The notes beneath the pieces are model-generated. The model searched no databases and was not told where the DNA came from. It saw only the letters and a list, made by a program, of their open reading frames with translations. Shown here in pieces: positions 1 through 9,931 of a stretch of DNA of 52,975 nucleotides (position 1 is the stretch's first letter; each line of letters starts with the position of its first letter). Source of the DNA: an uncultured Erysipelotrichaceae bacterium (GTDB lineage Bacteria; Bacillota_I; Bacilli_A; RFN20; CAG-449); the NCBI GenBank assembly GCA_964456095.1, contig CAYVZF010000001.1, forward strand, positions 4,889-57,863. Direction: 5' to 3'. Position numbers and translations under genes: made by a program.

Positions 1-90
1 TGATTCATTAGAATTCACAACATTATTTCCACAAGAACTCATAATAATTAATGAAGATAATAATACAAAATACAATTTTTTATTTTTCAT
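1..90 (-). CDS. lipoprotein, N-terminal fragment (gene continues past the left edge)
   Basis: ATG at 88-90 on the minus strand, and the frame is open to position 1. The translation MKNKKLYFVLLSSLIIMSSCGNNVVNSNES is a signal peptide plus lipobox IMSSC. It is truncated, so it is absent from the ORF track. Confidence 0.45.
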   Translation of the reverse strand, partial: MKNKKLYFVLLSSLIIMSSCGNNVVNSNES

Positions 91-99
91 AATCATTAC

Positions 100-1812
100 C
101 TATTTTTTCAATGATGGAATATTATTATCATTCAAAGTCCAAGTATTAACAAAATCAAAAGATGTTAAGTTATTGTTATACCAAGCATCATCTAATGTAA
201 CTAATTTGCCAAATTTTGCATTTTTATGAATAGAATCAAATTCGATTTCAGTTTCGTTTACATACATTTTTGCATTATTTGTAAAATATGCATTAGTTAC
301 TTGTACTTTTGTTTCAATATCATTTTCTGTTGTATTTGATGTACTTCTATTACCAACAATTGGGCCAACATTAGTTCCAGTTTCAATGAATAAACTACCA
401 TTAAATAGAACATTATCAATTGTAGTATTATGATCAGCAACTTTTGAATTATATTGTTGGAAACCTACAATTCCACCAACATGACGATATCCTTTAATAA
501 TGCCTGTTGATACAGCATTTTTAATAGAGGCACTTCTATAATATCCTGCAATGCCACCAATATATTCTGCAACAACAGTAACATTAACTGTTTCATTGTT
601 GTTAATTACTTCAAATGTATTATTCTTACCTTCAATAATGCCATTAAATTCAACATCTTCGATTATAGATTGTTCAAAACTTGCATTAGATTTAGCATCA
701 ACTAATCCTGCAATACCGCCTAATCTACTATAACCTTTAATTGTCGTATTTTCATCGACAGAACAGTTCTTAATTGATGAACTTGTACCTGTATCTGAAT
801 ACAATCTACCTGTAATACCACCAACACGTCCACCAGAAATATTTAATGAAGCATTTTTAATATGACAGTTTTCAACTGTACCTTTAACATCTCCTGAAAG
901 TGTACCAACATAAATTCCAGAAGCATTATATCCATCTAAATTTGTACTAAAATCTTCTAATCTTGGTTTATCATTATATCCATTAGATATGATTGTAGCA
1001 TTACTAATTGTTAAATTTTTAACAACTGCACCAGTATTAATTTGTTGGAAAAGTCCTAAATTAGTATCGCTACTAGGATTATTAATATACATATTAGAAA
1101 TAGTATATCCATTTCCATCAAATATGCCATTTGTATTCAATGATAAAGGAATCCAAGAAGATAAGTTTTCTCCATATTTTGTACTCAAATCAATATCATT
1201 TTGAAGTTTATAACAACTAGTTTTAGACCAATCTAAATTATAAGCATCATATACTCCTAGACCAACATGTTCCAAGTCTTCAATACTATATACTTTAAAA
1301 GGATTTTCTACTGTTCCTTCTCCCATATCAATAGGATTTTTATATGTTGTTGCAGTTTTCTTTTGTATTACACTATATTGTTCATTATATTTAATTACAA
1401 AATAAGCATAATATGTTTTTCCTGCTTCTAGATTTGAAACGATCTCCTCTAATAAAGTTGTTTCAGAAACATTAGAGTGAATAAATCCTTCAGCGTTTAC
1501 AATATCATCAGGAGTAACATCATTCTCTTCATCAGAAATAACGTAATATATTTTTCCATTTAATCCATTTATCTCTGCTTTAACTTTTAATTCACCTTCA
1601 TTTTCAGTAGGAGTTAGAACTGCACTTTTAAACTTTAATTCAGCTTGTTCTTCACTACTATTTATATCAGATGATAAGTCTTCATTAGATTCAATTAAAG
1701 ACGAATCAAATGAATCAGATAAATCAGATGGATTTTCACCACCACAAGAAGATAAAATAAGTCCAACAGATAAAATGCTTAAACTTAATAATAATTTATT
1801 TTTTATTTTCAT
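100..1812 (-). CDS. surface lipoprotein with GLUG-type repeats (paralog 1)
   Basis: 570-aa ORF with GGAGGA just upstream of the ATG. Signal peptide plus lipobox LILSSC, then an acidic Ser-rich linker. Motif NPFKVYSIEDLEHV...YKLQNDIDLS...FDGNGYTISNMYIN is followed by repeated GLUG-like motifs (VGGITG, LGGIAGL, IGGIAGY, VGGIVGF). Paralog of 19092-20627. Confidence 0.7.
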   Translation of the reverse strand: MKIKNKLLLSLSILSVGLILSSCGGENPSDLSDSFDSSLIESNEDLSSDINSSEEQAELKFKSAVLTPTENEGELKVKAEINGLNGKIYYVISDEENDVTPDDIVNAEGFIHSNVSETTLLEEIVSNLEAGKTYYAYFVIKYNEQYSVIQKKTATTYKNPIDMGEGTVENPFKVYSIEDLEHVGLGVYDAYNLDWSKTSCYKLQNDIDLSTKYGENLSSWIPLSLNTNGIFDGNGYTISNMYINNPSSDTNLGLFQQINTGAVVKNLTISNATIISNGYNDKPRLEDFSTNLDGYNASGIYVGTLSGDVKGTVENCHIKNASLNISGGRVGGITGRLYSDTGTSSSIKNCSVDENTTIKGYSRLGGIAGLVDAKSNASFEQSIIEDVEFNGIIEGKNNTFEVINNNETVNVTVVAEYIGGIAGYYRSASIKNAVSTGIIKGYRHVGGIVGFQQYNSKVADHNTTIDNVLFNGSLFIETGTNVGPIVGNRSTSNTTENDIETKVQVTNAYFTNNAKMYVNETEIEFDSIHKNAKFGKLVTLDDAWYNNNLTSFDFVNTWTLNDNNIPSLKK

Positions 1813-1938
1813 ATTTTCCTCCGTGAGTAATTATTTAAAATTAACTCTTAAATACAATATGAAAAATTATAACTAAAAATATTTTGAAAATATGTTATAT
1901 CAACTACATTTTTTATTCATTTTCATATTATATTTCAA

Positions 1939-2715
1939 CTATTCTAACCAATATTGTTTTTTACTATAGCCTAATTCTCGAGAAATACTTAATGCGCATT
2001 CTCTAACAATTTCACCCATTCTTTCATCAGAATAGTTTTCATTTTTAATATCCGATAAAGAAATCGCCGCAATTGGCTTGTTGGTCGCGTCAAAAATAGG
2101 CGCAGCATAACAAGTTCTTAATACTTCATTTTCTTTATCATCAATCGCATACCCGTTCTTTCTTATTTGCTTAATTTGATTTAATAAAGATTCTTTATTT
2201 TTTACAGTATATTCTGTAAGATTTTGAAATACTATTTCATCTAACATATTGGATAATTGTTTTTCATCAATAAATGACATATAGCTTTTTCCAAGCGCGG
2301 TTGTATATGCCGAATGTTTTGTACCTATTTTACAAGTTGCTAATTTAGCATTTTTACCTGTATATTTATATATATAAACAATTTCAGAATTATCAAGTAA
2401 GCCAACAAATGCTGTCTTTTCATAAAAATCAGCGATTGGAGCCAAATATTTTTCCGCTAATTGGAAGAGTTCTTTATTTTGTGAATACTTAGAACCTAAT
2501 GTATAACAAGATAGTCCTAATACATATTTTTTTTCGTTATGACTACTTGTAGATAATAATTTTAATTCACATAATGATTTAACAATATCAAAAACACTAC
2601 TTTTCGGTAATTTTAAATGAGAAACTATTTCTGCTAAAGAGAATCCTTTGTCTCCAGATGTAGAAATATATTCTAAAATATCATATGTTCGTTTAATAGT
2701 ATTATTCATCTTCAA
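1939..2715 (-). CDS. IclR-family transcriptional regulator (KdgR-like by context)
   Basis: 258 aa. N-terminal winged HTH (FSLAEIVSHLKLPKSSVFDIVKSL) plus a C-terminal IclR-type effector domain. Sits inside a uronate catabolic locus. Confidence 0.85.
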   Translation of the reverse strand: MKMNNTIKRTYDILEYISTSGDKGFSLAEIVSHLKLPKSSVFDIVKSLCELKLLSTSSHNEKKYVLGLSCYTLGSKYSQNKELFQLAEKYLAPIADFYEKTAFVGLLDNSEIVYIYKYTGKNAKLATCKIGTKHSAYTTALGKSYMSFIDEKQLSNMLDEIVFQNLTEYTVKNKESLLNQIKQIRKNGYAIDDKENEVLRTCYAAPIFDATNKPIAAISLSDIKNENYSDERMGEIVRECALSISRELGYSKKQYWLE

Positions 2716-2772
2716 ACCTCCAACTCATATTTATTAAAAAGATTTTATTATATAAAATGGGTAAATTCAATG

Positions 2773-3819
2773 TCATTTTGTAAGATTAGTTAATAATACA
2801 TATTGTAAATCAACTAATATTTCATCTTTACTTAATATATAGATATCATTTAGTTTTAAATGATTAAACTTTGATTTCTCAAAAATAAGTGGTAATAATG
2901 TTGCTTCATCAAAATAAATAATTTGTTCATAATTCCAACTACTAGTTTTATTAACTAATTTTTCATATAGATAATCTTCAACATCCATAATATCTATTTC
3001 GATCATATCTTTATACCATTTATTTATTTCATAAAGATTATATCCATATTTACTACTAATAGAGGAAAAATCATATATTCCTTTAATAGCCATTAATGCA
3101 TAATTTTTAGACTTGGTCCTTTTTAATTCAAGTGGCATTTTACCTTCTATTATTTGTTTTTTTATTCTTAATTCTATCATCTGATAAACTAATGAATCCA
3201 CTTCTTTATTTAAGATATCAGATAAAACAATAAGACCAAAATCATAGAAAATACCATGATTATTTAAAGCATCCTTTTCTTCTAATGCTATTTTTGAATT
3301 AACATACCATTTATAAAACTTTTCTAACCATTTTTTTAATTTATCATAAAAGTCTTTTTCAATATAGTTAATATCATTTAATAATTTGAGCATATATAAT
3401 GCATAAGACATATTCGCGGTAAAATCAATTAATCCAATTCCCCTACCAAGATTTACTCCCTTAATCATTTGTCCATGATTCATATTAGGATTCATACCTG
3501 TTTTCTTATCAAGAAAATAATAAGTTATATTTTTTTTAATAATTTCATAATACTTCTTATCATCACTTAAATAATAAAGAATGCATTGATAATAAATCAT
3601 AAAGGCAAGTTCTCTTAGATTATTCTTATCATAATCATCACCTTCAGGATTTGATAAACCATCTTTTAAGATATAAGGAAGTCCATCATTAGTATTTAAA
3701 TTAGGCCAATAATATGTCGCCAAAGATACATAATCATTCTTATCTATACCATCTATATTATTTTTCTTATAAATAACACTTCTATTTTCATTCTCATACA
3801 AGAATAAATAATCATCCAT
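2773..3819 (-). CDS. cytoplasmic alginate-lyase-fold (PL5-like) polysaccharide lyase
   Basis: 348 aa from the first ATG, no signal peptide. YYWPN...DGLPYILKDGLSNPE, NNHGIFYD (Asn-His) and KSKNYALMAIKG (Tyr) resemble the alginate_lyase (alpha/alpha)-barrel signature. The frame stays open 48 codons upstream with no ATG/GTG/TTG, so the true start is uncertain. Confidence 0.65.
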   Translation of the reverse strand: MDDYLFLYENENRSVIYKKNNIDGIDKNDYVSLATYYWPNLNTNDGLPYILKDGLSNPEGDDYDKNNLRELAFMIYYQCILYYLSDDKKYYEIIKKNITYYFLDKKTGMNPNMNHGQMIKGVNLGRGIGLIDFTANMSYALYMLKLLNDINYIEKDFYDKLKKWLEKFYKWYVNSKIALEEKDALNNHGIFYDFGLIVLSDILNKEVDSLVYQMIELRIKKQIIEGKMPLELKRTKSKNYALMAIKGIYDFSSISSKYGYNLYEINKWYKDMIEIDIMDVEDYLYEKLVNKTSSWNYEQIIYFDEATLLPLIFEKSKFNHLKLNDIYILSKDEILVDLQYVLLTNLTK

Positions 3820-3941
3820 TGATTCTTGTAATATTTTTAAATCTTCTTTTGAAATATTATCTTTGATTTTTTTTAAATCTTTTAAATCATAAAGAATATA
3901 ATAATTAACTGGGTCTAGTTTAATAATATCAAAGCTATTTT

Positions 3942-4691
3942 TTATAATAAGTCTTGACCACCATTAATTTGAACAACTTCGCCAGTAATAAATGCTGCTT
4001 TATCGCTAACTAAGAATTCAATAACTGTTCCTACTTCTCTTGGATCGCCAAATCTTTTTAATAAAATATTATTCTTCCAAGATTCGAATAGTTGAGGATT
4101 ATTTTTCTTAGTTGCATCATGGAATGGAGTATCAATTGTACCAGGAGCAACAGCATTAACTCTAATTTTATATTCTGCTAAATCTTTTGCTAAAGCACGT
4201 GTAAATGTTACAATCGCACCTTTACTTGTTCCATACATTCCAGCACCTGGACCACCAGCATTCCAACCAGCATTTGATGAGAAATTAATAATAGATGGAT
4301 TTGTACTTTGTTTTAAATATGGAATGCATGCTCTTGACATAAAGAATGCGCTATCAAGATTTAAAGCTAATACCTTACGATAGAATTCAGTTGTCATAAC
4401 TTCAAAACGTGATCTTCCGCCTAATCCACCTGCACAGTTAACAAGAACATCGATTTGACCGAAATCTTGTGCTATCTTGTTAACATATTCATTTACTTCT
4501 TCTTCATTTGTTACATCGAAGTGATAATATTTAGCATCTGCATTCATGTTTTTTAATTCAGACATTATTGATTTAGATGCTTCATCATCAATGCCATTAA
4601 GAGCGATTGAATATCCGCTTTTTGCAAGTTCAATCGCGGTCGCGGAACCAATTCCACCTGTTCCACCTGTAATAATTGCGACTTTTTTCAT
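3942..4691 (-). CDS. SDR-family oxidoreductase (KduD / DEH-reductase-like)
   Basis: 249 aa. TGGTGGIGSA Rossmann motif, NCAG, a Ser...YGTSK catalytic triad and a PG motif. Located between the KdgF-like cupin and a lyase. Confidence 0.85.
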   Translation of the reverse strand: MKKVAIITGGTGGIGSATAIELAKSGYSIALNGIDDEASKSIMSELKNMNADAKYYHFDVTNEEEVNEYVNKIAQDFGQIDVLVNCAGGLGGRSRFEVMTTEFYRKVLALNLDSAFFMSRACIPYLKQSTNPSIINFSSNAGWNAGGPGAGMYGTSKGAIVTFTRALAKDLAEYKIRVNAVAPGTIDTPFHDATKKNNPQLFESWKNNILLKRFGDPREVGTVIEFLVSDKAAFITGEVVQINGGQDLL

Positions 4692-4703
4692 TTTACCTAC
4701 CTC

Positions 4704-5039
4704 CTACTTTATAAAGTCTTTTCTTTCTGGAGTAAAAATATCTAATAATTCTCCTTCTTCTAAACATACTGCCCCATGAATTACATCTGGTTCTTTGTAT
4801 GTTGAATCACCTGCTTGTAAAATCATTTTTTTACCACCAATATCAAATTCAAACTTTCCTGAAATAATATAAGTACATTGTTCATGAGGGTGTTTATGTA
4901 AATTACCCACTGCACCTTTTTTGAAATGAAGTCTACATACCATCAAATTATCATTATGTGCAAGAACTTTTCTTTTAACCCCTTCATCAGCAGGAGTAAA
5001 ATCGATATCTTTATCTAAAAAATAATTTTGTATTTCCAT
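4704..5039 (-). CDS. small cupin, KdgF-like (unsaturated uronate linearisation)
   Basis: 111 aa. Two cupin motifs are present: GNLHKHPHEQCTYIISG and GDSTYKEPDVIHG. Size and operon position match KdgF. Its start overlaps the upstream stop (TAATG). Confidence 0.55.
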   Translation of the reverse strand: MEIQNYFLDKDIDFTPADEGVKRKVLAHNDNLMVCRLHFKKGAVGNLHKHPHEQCTYIISGKFEFDIGGKKMILQAGDSTYKEPDVIHGAVCLEEGELLDIFTPERKDFIK

Positions 5040-6934
5040 TATTTCACCTCCTTGATTTTTAATTTGTATACAATTTTACTTCCTTTTTGACGAAGTAAAA
5101 TAGATGTCCTTTTTTCACTAACAGGATTATCCATCGTTTCTAAGATATATAAATCTTTATCTTTAATATCTACTTCAAATAAGAATTTCAATTTATCATT
5201 TTTTACTTCTAGATTAATTAATTCTTTTTCAGTTTCAACTTTATATGTCTTTAAAATATGTTGATATCCATTAGTTTTATATCCTAAATCAGCCTCTGAT
5301 AGTTTTTCATTAAGTGATAGAGAAAAACTTGATTCTATATGAAATATATAATCGAAATTTGATTCATTTTCTGATACAACTTCGAATGTATCTTCATAAA
5401 CATTATCGTTTATTTTTATTTCTCTAATATAATTAACTCCATCATAAACATCATGCGCTAAAGCTTTAATATGATTTGAACTATAACTTAAGCATTCTCC
5501 AGGTTTTGATGAAGGAATGTTTTTACCATCTTTAATAACAACATTATGCGCTAAAGAAGTACGATGCCATTCATCACATAATTTTGCTTTATACCCACAG
5601 TTAGATAAATCTCTACTAATCATTATGTTTTTATACATAACTTCAACATTAATCAAATCAGGATGTGAATGAGAAGGACCATTTAATCCATATTTAACAA
5701 ATACATTAAAATCTTTATCTCTTAATATTGCAAAATTAGATTTAGGAAAATTCTTCGTATTATTATTCACCTTAATATATGAATTGTAATCATAATCAGT
5801 ATTAAGAAGTAATCTTTCATATGCAATCTCATTATTAATATAATAAGGTTTTGATAAAGGAAGTGGAGTTCTTATTGAATCATTAGCTTCTATATTTTTT
5901 AATATATTCCCAATCTCACTATCTTCTCCAAAAACTTTACTAGCCATATGATAAATATAACTATATGTTTTTAAATTAATATTTGGCCATCCATCATTTG
6001 GATTAGGTAATGTATGATTTTCAAATGCATAATGATATGCGTTTATAAACATCTTTTTAACGATTTCTTTTTCTTTTTCTCCGAAATTATAATTATATAT
6101 TTCACTAAATACAATTAAAGGAGTAATACCTTCTAAAGTAAAGAAATTATAATGAATAGATCCTTCATACCAGAAACCATCTTCTGTTACACCTTCATTT
6201 ATTTGTCGCCTTATATTATAAGGGCCATTAAATACATAATCTATTATCTCTTTTTTATTAAAGAATAATCCAACGAGTCCTAATGCACAATTATTCCAAC
6301 AACGAATATTATGAATTTGATCTATTTGAGGCTTAAATAATTTATACATTTCTTTAAACATCATTTCATATAATTCATCTAAGTATTCTTTAGATAAATC
6401 ATCTTTAATAATTTCAAGCGCTTGAATCATTCTAATACATATAATTGATTCATTTAATCCTTGTGGTAAAATTCTTCCACATCCCCATTTCATTTCTTCA
6501 TAAGATGAGAATTCTAATCCTTCTTTATTATGAAGAACAAAAGATTTATAATTTTTTGCATAAAATGAAATAATATTTTTAGTTATATCTAAATATTTTT
6601 TTTCTTTATTATATGCGTATATTCCCGCGGATTTCCATGCCGTTAATATTGCTTGATTCCTATAAAAATAAACCCATACTCCATCATATAAACTAGAAGA
6701 ATAAACTTTACCACATACTTCACATTTATGCTCGTGTGGTTTATGAATATCAAATATTAATCTTCCACCATCATAATCGCAAAAGTAATTATGTCCCCAA
6801 TTACTAACTACAGATGGATCATCTTTAAATTCATTATAAAAATCATTAACTTCTTTTATCATAACATTAATCGCGGTTTTATATTTTGGATTAGCATTAA
6901 TTGAATTAATATAATTTTTATTCAAGTATTGCAT
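5039..6934 (-). CDS. heparinase II/III-family (oligo)uronate lyase, cytoplasmic
   Basis: 631 aa, no signal peptide. The C-terminal GPSHSHPDLINVEV...SLAHNVV heparinase II/III-type motif follows an alpha-helical N-terminal half. Confidence 0.7.
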   Translation of the reverse strand: MQYLNKNYINSINANPKYKTAINVMIKEVNDFYNEFKDDPSVVSNWGHNYFCDYDGGRLIFDIHKPHEHKCEVCGKVYSSSLYDGVWVYFYRNQAILTAWKSAGIYAYNKEKKYLDITKNIISFYAKNYKSFVLHNKEGLEFSSYEEMKWGCGRILPQGLNESIICIRMIQALEIIKDDLSKEYLDELYEMMFKEMYKLFKPQIDQIHNIRCWNNCALGLVGLFFNKKEIIDYVFNGPYNIRRQINEGVTEDGFWYEGSIHYNFFTLEGITPLIVFSEIYNYNFGEKEKEIVKKMFINAYHYAFENHTLPNPNDGWPNINLKTYSYIYHMASKVFGEDSEIGNILKNIEANDSIRTPLPLSKPYYINNEIAYERLLLNTDYDYNSYIKVNNNTKNFPKSNFAILRDKDFNVFVKYGLNGPSHSHPDLINVEVMYKNIMISRDLSNCGYKAKLCDEWHRTSLAHNVVIKDGKNIPSSKPGECLSYSSNHIKALAHDVYDGVNYIREIKINDNVYEDTFEVVSENESNFDYIFHIESSFSLSLNEKLSEADLGYKTNGYQHILKTYKVETEKELINLEVKNDKLKFLFEVDIKDKDLYILETMDNPVSEKRTSILLRQKGSKIVYKLKIKEVK

Positions 6935-8978
6935 CTATATCTCCTTTCTTAATTGAACTTTTATGAGGTAGTTCAATTATTAATTTATTTTTATATTTAA
7001 CATAACTACCATTAATAAGCGTTATTTCAATTTTTCCATTACCACATTTTTTTATGTATAATAAATCACCATCATATGAAAAGTTAAAAGCATCTTTTAA
7101 TAAAATAAACGCATTATCATTTATCTTAATATAATCTTTAAAGTATGATATATTTTCATCTTTTCGTGCGAACAATTCTATTAGTTCATATTCTTTTGTT
7201 TCTTTTTTATTTTCTACAATAAATGTATGTAATTTAGTATAACAATAATTATTAGGTTCTTGAGTCGTCATTATGCTTTTCACTTCATTTACTTCTTTTT
7301 TTATAATGAATTCATCATTTGAAAATAAATAATAATTTAATGAATTAAATATACCTTTAACTATATGCTTATCATTATTAATAGAAACAATCTCATTATC
7401 TAAATTTAATACACTTTGATATATATGATTATTTTTACTTTTAAATTTATCTATAAAAACGATATATCTTAAATCGTTTGTAAAAACTGTTCTACTAACT
7501 TCTTTCATTTTAAATTTCAAAGGATATATTTTATAATTATTAGCTTTAAAACATGTGATATCATCTTTATTAAAGAAATATTCTATTCTTCCACGATAAT
7601 TTGATATGTTATAATTTTTATTCTTTTGAATTCTTTTTTTAACACTTTCTAAATAGATATCATTTTTATTATCTACATCAGAATATTTATTATCTACCAA
7701 AAGAACATTATGATGATGAGGCATTATATTACGATTATATCCATCATCTATAACTAAATAATCTTTCCCATATGTTAATATATATGACAAATTATCAGGA
7801 TGATGATGAGATAAAGAAAGAATCCATTTTTTATTATTTTTATAATATTCTGTTCCTACTTTCCATTGCTTTCTTCCACCCGGACAACCACATTTAAATG
7901 AGAAAACCATTGAATCGCTAGAAAATCCATCACGAATTGTAATTAATCCTAAATCTTTAAAATATTTGACCTTTTTTAATCTCTCAAATTTCTTTTCTTT
8001 TATTTCCGGATTATACCAAAGTAAGTTTAACCAAGCTTCTTTTAAAATTCCTGGTTTTATTTTACTTTGATATTGTTCTTCATATAGATGATTATTAAAA
8101 ATTAAATTGCCTAATTTTTGTGCATAACCATTATTATATTCATTTGCAATTTTATAATATAGACTAGATGAGTTACAGCTATAACGGTCATGACAATCGC
8201 CAAAATTTAATTGTTTATGCATTTCACTAGAGCTTTGATATAATCTATAATCAAATGTATTTTGTAAAAATCTTGATTTTGAAAATAAATCTATTCCTTC
8301 TTGATCTCTTAACAAATCAGCATACAAGAATAACCAATAAACACCATACCTCCAATAAGTTACACCTTCATAATCAGAGCCATCATCAGGTAAATAAGAA
8401 AATACTTTTTCAAAATTTTCTTTCGCAATATCAATATACTCTTTTACTTCAGGATAATTATCTTTTAAAACATATCCAGTCATAGCTAAACCTGTATAAT
8501 TAATCCAGTTGTGATTTTGAAAATAATGAGATGGCCATGATTCTTCATGCTCATTAATATAATTTCTCATTATTATTGATTGATAAAGAAGCTTATTTTC
8601 AATCATTTTTCTATCATTTTCAGATAAGAATTCTTTCAAATAATTATAAGATAATGATAATCCAAATAAAATCCATGATGCACTCAAATCAACATTTACT
8701 AAATGTGCATTACCCCAATAAGGAAAAGCACATATATTTTTTATAAATCTTAATGCTTCATCTAAATATTTCTTTTCTTTAGTTAATAAATAAGTTAATG
8801 ATAAATTTAAAATAATTTGAGATAAATATGTAGTACTTTCTTTAGGAGGTTCATTAAAATTAGGTATATTAAAATATCTATTAGATTCTTCGACTAATCG
8901 AAAGAAATGTTCTTTTTTTTCAGAACATATTTCTTTTTTTAATGTTTCTAAATCAGGAATTAAAATATATTTACTCAT
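6918..8978 (-). CDS. heparinase II/III-family polysaccharide lyase, cytoplasmic
   Basis: 686 aa, no signal peptide. Motifs FQNHNWINYTG (Asn-His), VTYWRYG, SLSHHHPDNLSY and HHHNVLLVD. Confidence 0.7.
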   Translation of the reverse strand: MSKYILIPDLETLKKEICSEKKEHFFRLVEESNRYFNIPNFNEPPKESTTYLSQIILNLSLTYLLTKEKKYLDEALRFIKNICAFPYWGNAHLVNVDLSASWILFGLSLSYNYLKEFLSENDRKMIENKLLYQSIIMRNYINEHEESWPSHYFQNHNWINYTGLAMTGYVLKDNYPEVKEYIDIAKENFEKVFSYLPDDGSDYEGVTYWRYGVYWLFLYADLLRDQEGIDLFSKSRFLQNTFDYRLYQSSSEMHKQLNFGDCHDRYSCNSSSLYYKIANEYNNGYAQKLGNLIFNNHLYEEQYQSKIKPGILKEAWLNLLWYNPEIKEKKFERLKKVKYFKDLGLITIRDGFSSDSMVFSFKCGCPGGRKQWKVGTEYYKNNKKWILSLSHHHPDNLSYILTYGKDYLVIDDGYNRNIMPHHHNVLLVDNKYSDVDNKNDIYLESVKKRIQKNKNYNISNYRGRIEYFFNKDDITCFKANNYKIYPLKFKMKEVSRTVFTNDLRYIVFIDKFKSKNNHIYQSVLNLDNEIVSINNDKHIVKGIFNSLNYYLFSNDEFIIKKEVNEVKSIMTTQEPNNYCYTKLHTFIVENKKETKEYELIELFARKDENISYFKDYIKINDNAFILLKDAFNFSYDGDLLYIKKCGNGKIEITLINGSYVKYKNKLIIELPHKSSIKKGDIDAILE

Positions 8979-9491
8979 CTAATCACTCCTTCCTATTTTT
9001 TTAAATAACAATGCTAATTTACTTGATATAAAAGATATCAAAGAATAATATGCAGTAAAGAAAATACTATATAAAATTGGTTCACCACCAAGTTGTGATA
9101 TTTTTAATACATCAACTAGTACATAATTAATTAATTGATATGTAAGAAAAACAAGAATTGTAATAAAAACACACTTTATAAATTCTATAAGGTTATAAAT
9201 TACTCCTTGAAAGATAGAACGTTCATTATATTTTTTATTTACAAATAATCCATTTCTTTGTACATCAAACATTTTATAAATTATAGGATTAAATATAAAT
9301 AAATGTCCCGCGGCTGTAACAAGCGATAAAATAAAGATTAAATCTAACGGATCATCATTTTGCCCTAAACTTGTTCCCCATCCAACAAAGAAATAAATAA
9401 GTCCTACAAACCAAAATCGAATAAATGCAATTTTTACATTATCATTTATTTTTGATAAGAATGGTCTTTCATCGTTCTTGTTTTCTTTCAT
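8979..9491 (-). CDS. unassigned integral membrane protein (about 4 TM)
   Basis: 170-aa ORF tightly packed in the operon, with hydrophobic segments (FIRFWFVGLIYFFVGWG, LIFILSLVTAAGHLFIF and others). I recognise no family motif. Confidence 0.5.
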   Translation of the reverse strand: MKENKNDERPFLSKINDNVKIAFIRFWFVGLIYFFVGWGTSLGQNDDPLDLIFILSLVTAAGHLFIFNPIIYKMFDVQRNGLFVNKKYNERSIFQGVIYNLIEFIKCVFITILVFLTYQLINYVLVDVLKISQLGGEPILYSIFFTAYYSLISFISSKLALLFKKIGRSD

Positions 9492-9493
9492 TT

Positions 9494-9928
9494 TTATTTT
9501 CCTTTAATTACTTTTCTTTCTTTAAAATACGATACGGTTGTTAATATTAATCCAGTTAAATAAAATACAATTACACAAATTGATAATACAATTCCCGGAA
9601 TCACTTTATCTAATTCAATACCTGGTTGATTATTAACTGAATAAAAGTAAATATAAAGAAGCCATACACCAAAAGCTATATCTAAAATTATAAAGAAAGA
9701 ACAAAATAATAATTTTTTTATAGTAACTTCTTTTAATCTTAACGCGTTAAATAAACATACAAATCCAATCAAAATAAACATAAACATTACTAGTCCACAT
9801 ATTTGATCGGTTAAAGCGGAGATAGCTTTAATTTGAATACTAGAAAGAATAAGATGTATAATCGCGGTTAATGAAATTAAATATAAAGCTAATTTCTTCG
9901 GATTTTTTAAACTTTTTAAAAATTTCAT
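9494..9928 (-). CDS. unassigned integral membrane protein (about 4 TM)
   Basis: 144-aa ORF lying 2-3 nt from both neighbours. It has four long hydrophobic stretches and no recognisable motif. Confidence 0.5.
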   Translation of the reverse strand: MKFLKSLKNPKKLALYLISLTAIIHLILSSIQIKAISALTDQICGLVMFMFILIGFVCLFNALRLKEVTIKKLLFCSFFIILDIAFGVWLLYIYFYSVNNQPGIELDKVIPGIVLSICVIVFYLTGLILTTVSYFKERKVIKGK

Positions 9929-9931
9929 ATC

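Noticed and set aside
551-733. 60-aa ORF on the plus strand
   Set aside because: It lies entirely antisense inside the GLUG lipoprotein gene. It has a low-complexity translation and no RBS, so it is a by-product of the AT-rich opposite strand.
989-1204. 71-aa ORF on the plus strand
   Set aside because: It is antisense inside the 100-1812 gene and has no independent support.
4546-4779. 77-aa ORF on the plus strand
   Set aside because: It is antisense across the SDR/cupin junction. Both underlying genes have clear family motifs.
8255-8485. 76-aa ORF on the plus strand
   Set aside because: It is antisense inside the heparinase II/III-family gene and has a repetitive Leu/His/Gln-rich translation.
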